From positions 54,645-118,644 of IMG/VR virus record IMGVR_UViG_3300025711_000239: a stretch of DNA of 64,000 nucleotides; one strand, written 5' to 3'. Positions 20,303 to 29,331 of this stretch are shown in pieces. Under the pieces are notes generated by a model. That model saw only the letters and a program-made list of their open reading frames with translations, was not told the origin of the DNA and searched no databases. Made by a program: the position numbers and the translations under genes. Each line of letters starts with the position of its first letter. Positions within the stretch are counted from its first letter, which is position 1. The stretch comes from a virus (Duplodnaviria; Caudoviricetes).

Positions 20303-20833
20303 ATGAAATACGCGCAGTTGAAGCGCTTCTGGCATGTGGAAGTTATTGGTGTTGAGAAAAAGTTTTCCTGGGTTCGGCTTGCAACAAGGCTCCGCAACAA
20401 GCCGGGGCTGAAGTTCATTTTCTGGTGGCGCTTAGCTAGTTTTCTTTATGAAAATGGATACCGTCGCATCGCGTACCGTATTCACTCACGCATTAAAGGC
20501 CGCTTTGCTTGCGATATCATGTTGGGCGCAAAGATAGGCGAGGGCTTGAGTATCGCACATCATGTTGGCGTCGTAGTCACCAAGCGGGTTGTGGCAGGGC
20601 GCAATATGCGGCTGACGCAAAACTCCGTAATAGGAAACAGTGGGAAAGGAAAAGACGGTTCAATTCAAATTGGCGATAACTTTTTCCTGGGATCAAATAG
20701 CTGTGTAATAGCTGATAATCTGGTGATCGGGAACAACGTTACCGTCGGTGCAATGAGCTTTATTAATAAAGACATTCCTAATAACTCCACAGTTTACACC
20801 CGCAAAACTGTAGAGCTCGTAGAAAGGGATTAA
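20303..20833 (+). CDS. Hexapeptide-repeat O-acetyltransferase (CysE/WcaB-like)
   Basis: AKIGEGLSIAHHVGVVV, IGDNFFLG and IGNNVTVGAMSFINKDIP repeats. Confidence 0.85.
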   Translation: MKYAQLKRFWHVEVIGVEKKFSWVRLATRLRNKPGLKFIFWWRLASFLYENGYRRIAYRIHSRIKGRFACDIMLGAKIGEGLSIAHHVGVVVTKRVVAGRNMRLTQNSVIGNSGKGKDGSIQIGDNFFLGSNSCVIADNLVIGNNVTVGAMSFINKDIPNNSTVYTRKTVELVERD

Positions 20834-21016
20834 ATGCCAGCTACCTGGCGAATGAAGAAAATCGCGTAGGCGTCTTCTCCTTCTCCCGAATGACCACCAG
20901 CTATATGGCTGGTGGATTGTTACTGGCTTAAGCCTGCCAGTTATGCTGTACCTGACAGGCTTAACATCAACTAAGCCCGAATTTATTGGCCGGACATTGT
21001 TACAGGTAATTCGCCA

Positions 21017-21379
21017 TTGATATTTTTAGCGGTGGCTGGTGGCGTTTTGTTGGCACTGGGTGGAGTCGGTACGCTGGTTTATCTCAAAACTGGCGATCAG
21101 TACTACAGCGTTTCCAATCTGGAAGAGTGTAAAAACTACACTAATGACCAAGCAAAAGAAGCAGTACTAAGCGCACGTCTTAAACAGCCTAATGGCTGGA
21201 AAAGCTGGGGGGATGCTTCTAAGGTCGCCAATCAAAATGGCATAAGGTTCATTGATAACGAAATCAAAGGCCCGGACAAGATCTGGATGATCCCGTTTTA
21301 TGACGAAAAAATCCCTGATAAGAAGCAGTTTGGCATGCTGGATTGTGGGACATTAACAGTCGAGTTTGCGTCTGAGTAA
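21017..21379 (+). CDS. Orphan YebF/Cmi-family protein
   Basis: TM anchor, C..., WMIPF, LDC...VEF motif. Confidence 0.65.
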   Translation: MIFLAVAGGVLLALGGVGTLVYLKTGDQYYSVSNLEECKNYTNDQAKEAVLSARLKQPNGWKSWGDASKVANQNGIRFIDNEIKGPDKIWMIPFYDEKIPDKKQFGMLDCGTLTVEFASE

Positions 21380-21444
21380 TGCGCTCTCGTTCTAAATCAC
21401 AAACCGCTTATCCTGGCCGTCAAAATGACTAAGAGGCCACCAGC

Positions 21445-21861
21445 ATGACTACCCAAACCGACTCAAACTCTTTTACCGTAAATGCGGGCGCATCGTCAGA
21501 AACAGCAAACGCCGGCGAATTGATCGCTTTCGCCGGCGCGAGGTTTTCCCTGCCGATTATCCCGGCGCCGTTGGTTGTGTCGTTCTACGGCTCGGACGGC
21601 ACGCGGGCGCAGCTTACAGTGAATAAGGGAAGGGTGACGTTTGAGGGTGATCCGGACGCTGCAGCGGAAATGTTTATCGAGGCGGTGACACGGAAGCATG
21701 CGCAGCAATGGGGCGCGCAGCAGGCGCAGCTTGAGAAAGCAGAAGCCCAGCTGGCGGCATATTCACACCATAACGGCCTGATGATGCTCTCACAGCGGCT
21801 GGTGGACGCAGAGAAGGAACGCGACGCATTGCGCGAAGAAATTAACCAGTGCAGGACATAA
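21445..21861 (+). CDS. Phage hypothetical protein with coiled-coil C-terminus
   Basis: SD GAGG; 138 aa. Confidence 0.5.
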   Translation: MTTQTDSNSFTVNAGASSETANAGELIAFAGARFSLPIIPAPLVVSFYGSDGTRAQLTVNKGRVTFEGDPDAAAEMFIEAVTRKHAQQWGAQQAQLEKAEAQLAAYSHHNGLMMLSQRLVDAEKERDALREEINQCRT

Positions 21862-21925
21862 GTTAACCGGACTCCGAACAGGGCAGAACGTTCACTATAG
21901 TTAGCAGACTTACTAAACGATCAAG

Positions 21926-23188
21926 TTATTTTATCCGGGGAATGTCTTTCAGCCGCGTGGTGTATCGAGGCGACAGCATTTCCCTCTTCATCTGCCACGC
22001 GCTGTCTTGCTCCCCCTGGCCTGCGAAGAATACCTTCCCCCTACCGGAGCGATTGATAGCGTCTAGCGCGGCCATTAGCGCGTCAGCGTTAGCTCGCGGC
22101 TGCTGCTCACTGAACATGTCAAACTGCGCTACACCTGACTGGTAAAAATCGCCCAGCATGACGCCTGCTTTTGCATACCGGTAGCCGTCGCGCCAGATGG
22201 TGCTCAGTCCGCGCAAAGCTGATTCGATAATGTCCCGCGTGTCGCTGGTGGGGTAGTCGCAGACACATGATGCAGTATTCGAATACTGCGGATCATCCGC
22301 GTGCCTGGCGGTGGCGATCGACACGCCAATCTGACGGCAACGTGAGTGTTGCTCTCTCAGCTTTTCTGCTGCACGCGTGGCATACAGTGTGACGGCCTGC
22401 TTCATGTCCTCCAGCTCTGTGATCCTCTCACCAAATGATCTAGAGTTTAAAATGTTCTGCTTTGGCGGCGGGGCGTCTTCCAGTGCAATGCAGGATTCAC
22501 CATTAAGCTCACGGGTGGTGCGCTCAACGATGACGTCAAAGTTTTTCCGTATCATGCTGATGTTACTGTCAGCCAGCTGTAGGGCCGTGGTGATCCCCAG
22601 CTGGTGCATGCGCTTGGTAATACGCGGACCGATACCCCATATATCGCCGACGTCGATCAGGTGAAGTAGCTTTCGCTGCCGGGTACGGCTGGACAGGTCT
22701 ACCACACCCTTTGTTTGCGTCCACTTCTTCGCAGCATAGTTAGCCAGCTTGGCCAGTGTCTTCGTCGGGCCAAATCCCACGCCGATGATCAGCCCAGTTT
22801 CCTTCCGAACACGCTCACGCATCTGGTGTCCGAACGTCTCAAGCGGGATCAGATTACCAATGCCGGTGACGTCCAGAAATGATTCATCAATGGAGTAAAC
22901 CTCCTGTCCAGCCGCCATCTCTCCCAGGATGGCCATCATGCGTGCAGATAGATCGCCGTACAGCTCGTAATTGGAACTGAACACATGCACGCCATTCTGT
23001 CTGAAAAAACGCTCATTCAGAAACAGCGGCGCCGCCATCTTGATCCCCAGGCGCTTTGCCTCCCCCGAACGTGCGATCACACAGCCGTCATTGTTCGAAA
23101 CGACGACAATGGGCTTACCGCGCAGATCGGGCCTGAACACGGTTTCACAGGAGGCATAAAAGTTATTGGCATCGGCCAGCGCGAACAT
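21926..23188 (-). CDS. umuC: Second UmuC
   Basis: DANNFYASCE, SNNDGC, YSIDE, WQMKREMLSPRYTT motifs. Confidence 0.95.
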   Translation of the reverse strand: MFALADANNFYASCETVFRPDLRGKPIVVVSNNDGCVIARSGEAKRLGIKMAAPLFLNERFFRQNGVHVFSSNYELYGDLSARMMAILGEMAAGQEVYSIDESFLDVTGIGNLIPLETFGHQMRERVRKETGLIIGVGFGPTKTLAKLANYAAKKWTQTKGVVDLSSRTRQRKLLHLIDVGDIWGIGPRITKRMHQLGITTALQLADSNISMIRKNFDVIVERTTRELNGESCIALEDAPPPKQNILNSRSFGERITELEDMKQAVTLYATRAAEKLREQHSRCRQIGVSIATARHADDPQYSNTASCVCDYPTSDTRDIIESALRGLSTIWRDGYRYAKAGVMLGDFYQSGVAQFDMFSEQQPRANADALMAALDAINRSGRGKVFFAGQGEQDSAWQMKREMLSPRYTTRLKDIPRIK

Positions 23189-23190
23189 GC

Positions 23191-23568
23191 TTACTCTCCA
23201 GCGGGTCCGTTAAAGCCGATCCCGGCCACATCCGTTAAGGCATAAGCCACTACACCCCATACAGGAAGCGCCTGGCTCACATCGAGCAGCGTTACAGTCT
23301 CGTCCGCATCCAGCGCTTGTAGAGCGGGAACCGGATTGAGCAGTAACCGCCTTAGCGTCAGCTCGCCGTCAAACTCCGCCACGATAAGCTGGCCGTGCGC
23401 CGGCGTCAGGGCGCGATCGATGGCCAGCACGGACCCTTTGACGATCCCGGCGCCAGGGCAGTCGGACTCGCTGCGCATCAGATAGGTTGAGTAAGGGGAA
23501 AGATATACCAAATCGCCCAGGTTCAGGCGCGTTTCAGTGTAGTTCTGGGCGGGGCTCTGAAAGGCCAT
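23191..23568 (-). CDS. UmuD'-like (HumD-type) subunit lacking pro-peptide and catalytic dyad
   Basis: Starts at MAFQSPA; the SM Ser and VK Lys motifs are replaced (DCP, LRR). Confidence 0.8.
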   Translation of the reverse strand: MAFQSPAQNYTETRLNLGDLVYLSPYSTYLMRSESDCPGAGIVKGSVLAIDRALTPAHGQLIVAEFDGELTLRRLLLNPVPALQALDADETVTLLDVSQALPVWGVVAYALTDVAGIGFNGPAGE

Positions 23569-23752
23569 TGCAATGCTCCATTCTGATCAACGTTATACAG
23601 CTCCTGAAATGAGTATATGACGCAGCAGGTGGAAATGCTCAGATGTACAAGCCAATGTCCGCTATGAGTGAAAAGCAGTATGTAAAATCGAAGTAGAAAA
23701 GATAAATGCAAAATGCATTTATCTTTTTCACAGCTATCAAAACCGTTGACGT

Positions 23753-24424
23753 TTAGTCTTCTTGATTCTCTTTTTTCTTTATTGCATCGCTATACCGCTG
23801 CCGCTCAATAAGGCTGGCACTTGGATCGTTCAGTACATCCTTACCTTTGATATTTACGTCGTGATCTATCTCATGTTGTGGGGCATAGCTTTTATCTACT
23901 CTACCTTGTGAAGTTGCGCTCGTTAAGCCAGCGGATAATGAATCCAATTTATCCACATCAGAGGTTCCTATGTAGGCAAGGAGAAAAGCAAAAATAAAAG
24001 TACCGTACCACACCATAGTAAAGGTGCTCATTCCATAACTGAAATCGGAAACACTTGCCCTTGTAGCGAATAAAATTAAAAAGGAAGCTAAGACTAAGGC
24101 GCGTCTTTTCCATTTATTCAATAAGTTACGAGAGTATTTAACATAGTTAACCAGCGCAATCCCAAACAGAATAACAGATAATAACATCGCCCATACTGGA
24201 AGTGACGGGAAATGGCTGTCGCAATTACTTGCTATTGTAACCAATGAAGCAATTAAAAAAATAGAAAGAATATACAAACGAATGGCAAGTCCTATTTTTT
24301 CACGTTTATCAATCTTTAAGAAAAGAACCGGCAATACAACCAATGCGTTTATGGGCATTGATGAAAAAATAAGACTTAGATACTGTTGCATGTTGACACC
24401 CCGCCTTTGCGCTATTAAAGCCAT
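23753..24424 (-). CDS. AT-rich multi-pass membrane protein
   Basis: About 5 hydrophobic segments; low GC. Confidence 0.55.
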   Translation of the reverse strand: MALIAQRRGVNMQQYLSLIFSSMPINALVVLPVLFLKIDKREKIGLAIRLYILSIFLIASLVTIASNCDSHFPSLPVWAMLLSVILFGIALVNYVKYSRNLLNKWKRRALVLASFLILFATRASVSDFSYGMSTFTMVWYGTFIFAFLLAYIGTSDVDKLDSLSAGLTSATSQGRVDKSYAPQHEIDHDVNIKGKDVLNDPSASLIERQRYSDAIKKKENQED

Positions 24425-24815
24425 TTAAAATAAAATTATCCCAGCTACTTCAAGAAGATTTATAGCTTATTGATTATCTTCAGCCAGGAAATGGATAGCC
24501 TTCCGTAGATTAACGTATCGAACCTATAGCTATGTGCATTAAACAAGGCTAGAGAATACTACGAAATAGTTATAAAAGAATCAGTACTATCCATTTACCT
24601 TAGTATTTCTTGGGTGCGCAACTCAGATTGGCTCAGTGTCATTAGCAGGCATAAAAAAAGCCCCGGTTAAGGGACTTTGGAGAGCAAAGGCTAATGGCAA
24701 CATCCAGCAAGAAACATCCGCTATGTAAATTACCAAGCCCTTAGATTTATACAAGCTATTTCAGCGCCAGCCTGAAACACTTTAACCTGCTAATTCTGGC
24801 AGGTATTAACGCCTT

Positions 24816-25610
24816 TTATTCCGCTTTCTGCGGTTCTGCCGTTGCCGCTGTGGCCACCAGCTCCGGCTCAGGCTGTGGGACGTCGGCTTTGATCTTTGCC
24901 AGCAGGATAGTGCGCTGTAGTTGCGCCTTTTCGGTAGCCTCTTTCACCATGTCTTCATCCAGCCCAACAACCGCGTATTTATCGAGGCCTTCAACACGGA
25001 ACAGGTTCGTTTCCGGCACCAGCTGCTTCAGGCCAATTTCATTCTCCGGGGTAATGTAGAGCAGTTGCGGCTCTGCTTCTGCTCCGTCCGGGATGTACAC
25101 ATAAGCACGCTGGCCAACACCGATTGCCTGAAGGAACAGGAGGCAAACTGCCAGTGGCAGTGAGGGGTGTGACACGCTCATTGGCTGTAACTTACCGGCC
25201 AGCAAGCCGTGTAGTTTCACGTCATATGGCCTGAAGCGGCTGATTGTCTCCACGCGCCATGAGCCCGCCAGCGAACCGTCCACAAACGCCTCGCCAGTCG
25301 CATTCATGGCGATCTGACGCATGAGTAGTTGCGCAAAGCTGTTATCAAGCGTCGGCGCGAGGGGCAATGCGCCGGTTTTCTCGTTGATAGAGTTCACAGC
25401 ATCCTGGCGGCTGGCGGCATCTTCCGGCAGTTCTTGCTGGTGTAACAGCCAGAAGCGATCGTTTTTGTTAACCCACACTGTCACGCCTTCAACGTTCTGC
25501 GGCTCAAAACCCAGCGCGCCCAACAGCGCAATCTCCACATCTTGCGGAAGGATCTCGCCCTTATCGTTCAGCTCAATCGCGGTTTCTTTATTGATAATGT
25601 ATCTGGTCAT
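24816..25610 (-). CDS. Phage hypothetical protein (possible ABA-sandwich/DUF2591-like domain)
   Basis: ..PLAVCL.FL..IG motif; coupled in the operon. Confidence 0.5.
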   Translation of the reverse strand: MTRYIINKETAIELNDKGEILPQDVEIALLGALGFEPQNVEGVTVWVNKNDRFWLLHQQELPEDAASRQDAVNSINEKTGALPLAPTLDNSFAQLLMRQIAMNATGEAFVDGSLAGSWRVETISRFRPYDVKLHGLLAGKLQPMSVSHPSLPLAVCLLFLQAIGVGQRAYVYIPDGAEAEPQLLYITPENEIGLKQLVPETNLFRVEGLDKYAVVGLDEDMVKEATEKAQLQRTILLAKIKADVPQPEPELVATAATAEPQKAE

Positions 25611-25619
25611 GATCGGGCC

Positions 25620-26216
25620 TTATTTGGTTGAGGTCTTTTTGCTGGTGGAGGTGTTGCTGGTGGTATCGGTCGCTGCTGGCTCTTCAGTTTCTGCTGTCTC
25701 CTGCAACTCTGCCGAGGTAGTGGCTGTATGGTCCTCTGTCGGCGTCGGATCGGCCTGAACCGATGTAGAGGAGCCAAAGCCGTTATCGCCCCGGACGGTT
25801 TCTGACAGCTCATCGACTTCTTTCCAGGTGACAGGCTCGACTTTCTCGATCATTGCCTGCGCAATTACCATTCCGGCTTTTGGCTCAATGAACTCGCCAC
25901 CTTCATCGGCAATCATGCGCAGTTTGATCTCGCCACGGTAATCGCTGTCGATGATGGCCACGTTGTTTGCCAGGCGCAGGAAGTTATTCGCCGCCAGCCC
26001 GGAACGGGGATAAATCTTCATGCAGTAGCCTGCCGGAATCTCCACGGCCAGCCCGGTTGTGATCCACCATGCACGCGGCTGGCGTGCCGCGCCTGGCGTC
26101 TGTACAACGTTGAGTTTCACGTCCAGCGCGGTGATATCCCATTCAGCAGCGCCGTCTGAACCTCGGAACGGCAGTACTGCATCAGGGGTGAGGCGTTTGA
26201 TCTTAACTTGTGGCAT
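25620..26216 (-). CDS. dut: Trimeric dUTPase with C-terminal low-complexity tail
   Basis: PRSGLA, IIDSDYRGEI, IAQ and RGDNGFGS motifs. Confidence 0.9.
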   Translation of the reverse strand: MPQVKIKRLTPDAVLPFRGSDGAAEWDITALDVKLNVVQTPGAARQPRAWWITTGLAVEIPAGYCMKIYPRSGLAANNFLRLANNVAIIDSDYRGEIKLRMIADEGGEFIEPKAGMVIAQAMIEKVEPVTWKEVDELSETVRGDNGFGSSTSVQADPTPTEDHTATTSAELQETAETEEPAATDTTSNTSTSKKTSTK

Positions 26217-26694
26217 GGCTTTTCTCCGGTGATTTAAAGGTGTAATGGCGGCGTTTGCGGACAGAGTTTTCATAAAGGGGAACGTCTGTGTATTCCACCA
26301 GCCCGCGGGCAATGAGTTTCTTAACTGACTGCAGGAAGAGGGAGTGACTTACATCAAATTCCTGACGCACGTTTCTGGCGGTGATGTACCGGTGCTGGTT
26401 GAGCAGCATCAGAATGTATTCTTCAATCTTCCCCATCTTCAGGGGAATCAGGCTGGTGGCATACGCGGCAGACACTGCCAGGGTGTACTCGTTGTCAATA
26501 GACCGCGTGATTAGCCCATTCTTCTGCAGGTCCAGCAGCGTTCCCCGTATGACATGCGTAGACGTGTCAGGCAGGGCTCGTGTAAAGCGGCGGCGCGTGG
26601 CGATACGCTCATCTTTCAGCAGCAGCAGCACTGCTGAAGCCGTCTCCGGATAGCGGGCGCGAAAAATTTTAAGTTTTGGTAAAAGGCGCTTCAA
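26203..26694 (-). CDS. Basic tandem winged-helix-like protein
   Basis: L..LQKNGLI...Y and VKKLIARGLVE...Y repeats; operator motif A upstream. Confidence 0.5.
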   Translation of the reverse strand: MKRLLPKLKIFRARYPETASAVLLLLKDERIATRRRFTRALPDTSTHVIRGTLLDLQKNGLITRSIDNEYTLAVSAAYATSLIPLKMGKIEEYILMLLNQHRYITARNVRQEFDVSHSLFLQSVKKLIARGLVEYTDVPLYENSVRKRRHYTFKSPEKSHATS

Positions 26695-26805
26695 AGTTCT
26701 GTTATCCTTGCCAATGGTTTATTTCGGATACCTACATCCAGTGGTTAACGTTTGAACCTGATTGATTGAACGGAATAAGGGAGCCAGTGATGGTTCCCTT
26801 TTTCT

Positions 26806-27264
26806 TTAGTCCTGAGTCCATTTCTCGCCCGTATCCACGCACACCACGCCGTGACACACACGCCCTTGATCAAGCCTGAAAGCCATGCCGCCCAGCCGGT
26901 TGCGCCTGCGGTAGAATTGCGCGCCTGACAGGTAGGCATGCGGCACGCCGGAATCAATCGCCCCTTCCTCCGTACACTGACCGTCCTCTGCATCGGCATA
27001 GCCACGCGCAAACTCGCTGAGCACTTCACGCCGGTCTTCAAAGCGAATAATTTCGCCCTGATCCGGATCGCGTGCGTACTCGATCGCGCTGTATTTAACG
27101 AGGGATGCGACGGTTTTGGGATGCCGGAATATTTCCTCGCCCCAGTACTGGCCGGTGCAGGAATCGACGTAGGAGCCGTTGGAATAAGTGCCGATAGGGT
27201 TAGAGACGTCGTGAGCCATAGCCACTGCCACGAAGAAGTTAACGACGTTGCCGGTAACAGACAT
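26806..27264 (-). CDS. Hypothetical protein
   Basis: Coupled to the upstream gene. Confidence 0.5.
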   Translation of the reverse strand: MSVTGNVVNFFVAVAMAHDVSNPIGTYSNGSYVDSCTGQYWGEEIFRHPKTVASLVKYSAIEYARDPDQGEIIRFEDRREVLSEFARGYADAEDGQCTEEGAIDSGVPHAYLSGAQFYRRRNRLGGMAFRLDQGRVCHGVVCVDTGEKWTQD

Positions 27265-27596
27265 TATTTCCCCGCAAAGAGCCGTTCCCGGCTGCTTAAG
27301 GTGTTGGTTTCCTGCCGGGTGAAAGCATCGTCCACCAGCCCAACAAACGCGGCAAATTCACTTCTGTAATACTCCAGTAGTTTATTTGCGGCGCGGTCGG
27401 TGATGTTTTCCACGTAATAGCAGGCGCTGTGTCGGTCGCGCCAGGGTTTATCGAGGGTCAGCAGCGGAACGGCTTCAGAGAGGGTATTAACGCTGAACCC
27501 CACCAGCACAACTCCGCCGCGCTCGATGGCGGTGAAGTTCAGCTGGTGGGCCTCAACGGTAAACGTTCGTGTCAGTAAGATTTTTTCTCTGGCCAT
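27264..27596 (-). CDS. Hypothetical protein
   Basis: 110 aa, downstream of the recombinase. Confidence 0.5.
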   Translation of the reverse strand: MAREKILLTRTFTVEAHQLNFTAIERGGVVLVGFSVNTLSEAVPLLTLDKPWRDRHSACYYVENITDRAANKLLEYYRSEFAAFVGLVDDAFTRQETNTLSSRERLFAGK

Positions 27597-27689
27597 CGGT
27601 AATCGCAGGGTGCGGGACGGCCTGAATTGTCGGGGATAAATCTTACCATTACAATTATTATTTCTTTAGATTTCGATAAACTTAATTCT

Positions 27690-28721
27690 CTATTCCCCGT
27701 CCAGTATCCCCGACATTTTGCCTTTCTGACTTTCAGAGCGGCGCAGATAGCGCATGACCGTTTTCGGATCCTGCCAGGTGCCTTCCTGCATGATTTGGGT
27801 AATCGTTGCGTCGCGTTCGGCCATGTCCATCGCTGCACCAACACGGGCGCTGTGACCGGACCATTTCGTATAACGGCCTTTGTTATCCTGTACCGGGTCT
27901 TTCCCCAGCAGATCCCATGCGTCTTTGAAAATCTTCTCGGTCGCCGGTGCCGACATAGGCTTTTCAGATACGCCAGCCGTATTGTTATGGCGGACAGGCC
28001 CGAAAACCATCGCATCCGGATGATGGATCAGCCCGGAAAGGTCCAGCCAGTGGAGCAGATGACCGGCAGCGGCACGGCTGAGGTGCTTTATCACGCCCGC
28101 GGCCGTCACCATCGTTTTAGTGTGTGACAGGTTAATCACCACATGGCCACTGTCGCTGATATCAAGATCACGCACCCGGATGCGGCTGAGCTCGGACATT
28201 CGGCAGAGGGTGTTATAGGCGACAAACAGGAATGCCAGGTTGCGCTGATCGGTCAGCCGTTCGGAGCGGCCCATGAGGTGCGACAGCAGCTGCAGGTCAG
28301 GAAGGCGAAATGGCACAGCCTGGCCGGTGCGCTCACCCTGCAAAACGGCCTCGCGGCGGATGCGTTTCATGGAGCGTTTCAGGTCCACGCTTCCCCGGAG
28401 ATCTGGCAGGCCGCTTTCCCGGCATAACATGTTCATCATGGCATAGTGCTTGTCGATCGTGCTCGATGCCAGGCCGCTTTCTGCCATATCCAGAAAGTAT
28501 TCCCGCGCCAGCTCAGGGTCGATCGGCAGATAGCCAACGTCACGCTCGTTACACCAGAAGGCCCAGCGACGGATGACAGATAAAAGGTCGCGGAAAGTAT
28601 TCTCGGAATAAGCGGCCTTATCTGCGATGAATCTCCGCAGGTTATTAGCAATATCTTCCGGCGTTAATTGCGTTAATTCTGCCGGGAGTGCGCCGGTCTT
28701 TATTTGAGCCAGATGTTTCAT
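27690..28721 (-). CDS. cre: Cre/Dre/Panto-family tyrosine recombinase
   Basis: 343 aa; YNTLCRMSE, KT, WSGHSARVGAA.DMA, W and VMRY residues as in Cre. Confidence 0.93.
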   Translation of the reverse strand: MKHLAQIKTGALPAELTQLTPEDIANNLRRFIADKAAYSENTFRDLLSVIRRWAFWCNERDVGYLPIDPELAREYFLDMAESGLASSTIDKHYAMMNMLCRESGLPDLRGSVDLKRSMKRIRREAVLQGERTGQAVPFRLPDLQLLSHLMGRSERLTDQRNLAFLFVAYNTLCRMSELSRIRVRDLDISDSGHVVINLSHTKTMVTAAGVIKHLSRAAAGHLLHWLDLSGLIHHPDAMVFGPVRHNNTAGVSEKPMSAPATEKIFKDAWDLLGKDPVQDNKGRYTKWSGHSARVGAAMDMAERDATITQIMQEGTWQDPKTVMRYLRRSESQKGKMSGILDGE

Positions 28722-28911
28722 TTATATATTTCATCCCAAATCACAGAGACAACGCTACGCGAAATCTACGAAAAAAGCAGGGGTATGATACGTCAGATTT
28801 CACGTAGCGACGCCCGATGCAAAACCGCTCACAAAGTACACAGTTTGCCTGCGGCCTCGCTAATCTGATCATTTGATCATCAACCACTGTTCAAGCATAC
28901 ATGAAACAGGG

Positions 28912-28945
28912 GAAACTTTATATAAGGCTTATTATTTAAAGTTTC
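28912..28945. other. 34-bp lox-type recombination site (pox/rox-like)
   Basis: GAAACTTTATATA-AGGCTTAT-TATTTAAAGTTTC: 13-bp arms with 1 mismatch and an 8-bp asymmetric spacer, upstream of cre. Confidence 0.9.
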
Positions 28946-29331
28946 ATTTTTTGGAACTTATCGGGTGGATGCTGGCCTAGAGAGTAGCTAAATCGAAAAA
29001 TTTGCAAATTCGTTACGCTATTGTTCGTGATCGCAAGCATGCCTTCATATATGATCATTTGGCATTCAATTTGATTGCAAATAGTTACTATTATCAGTTG
29101 AGGCTATTGCCGTGAGCGCGTTGTGCCTGGTAATAGTTACACAACCCTGAACACACAGTTTCATTGATAAGCGTGTACAGCGGAAATATCTGACAGATGC
29201 ACAATGCAGACTATTCTTATTATTGCAATTCTAAGGAGAGTTAATTTTACATGGCTACTGATTCTGTCTATATTCGCCTGCATTAAGTCCAGAGAGGCTT
29301 GTACCGCTCATTAATATTTTTGGAATACATT

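Noticed and set aside
21445-21861. Bacteriocin partner for the orphan immunity gene (SFTVNA resembles a TonB box)
   Set aside because: There is no ColM catalytic motif, and the rest looks like a phage coiled-coil protein.
23583-23600. LexA box upstream of the second umuD
   Set aside because: CTG and CAG are 12 nt apart rather than 10; only a half site matches.
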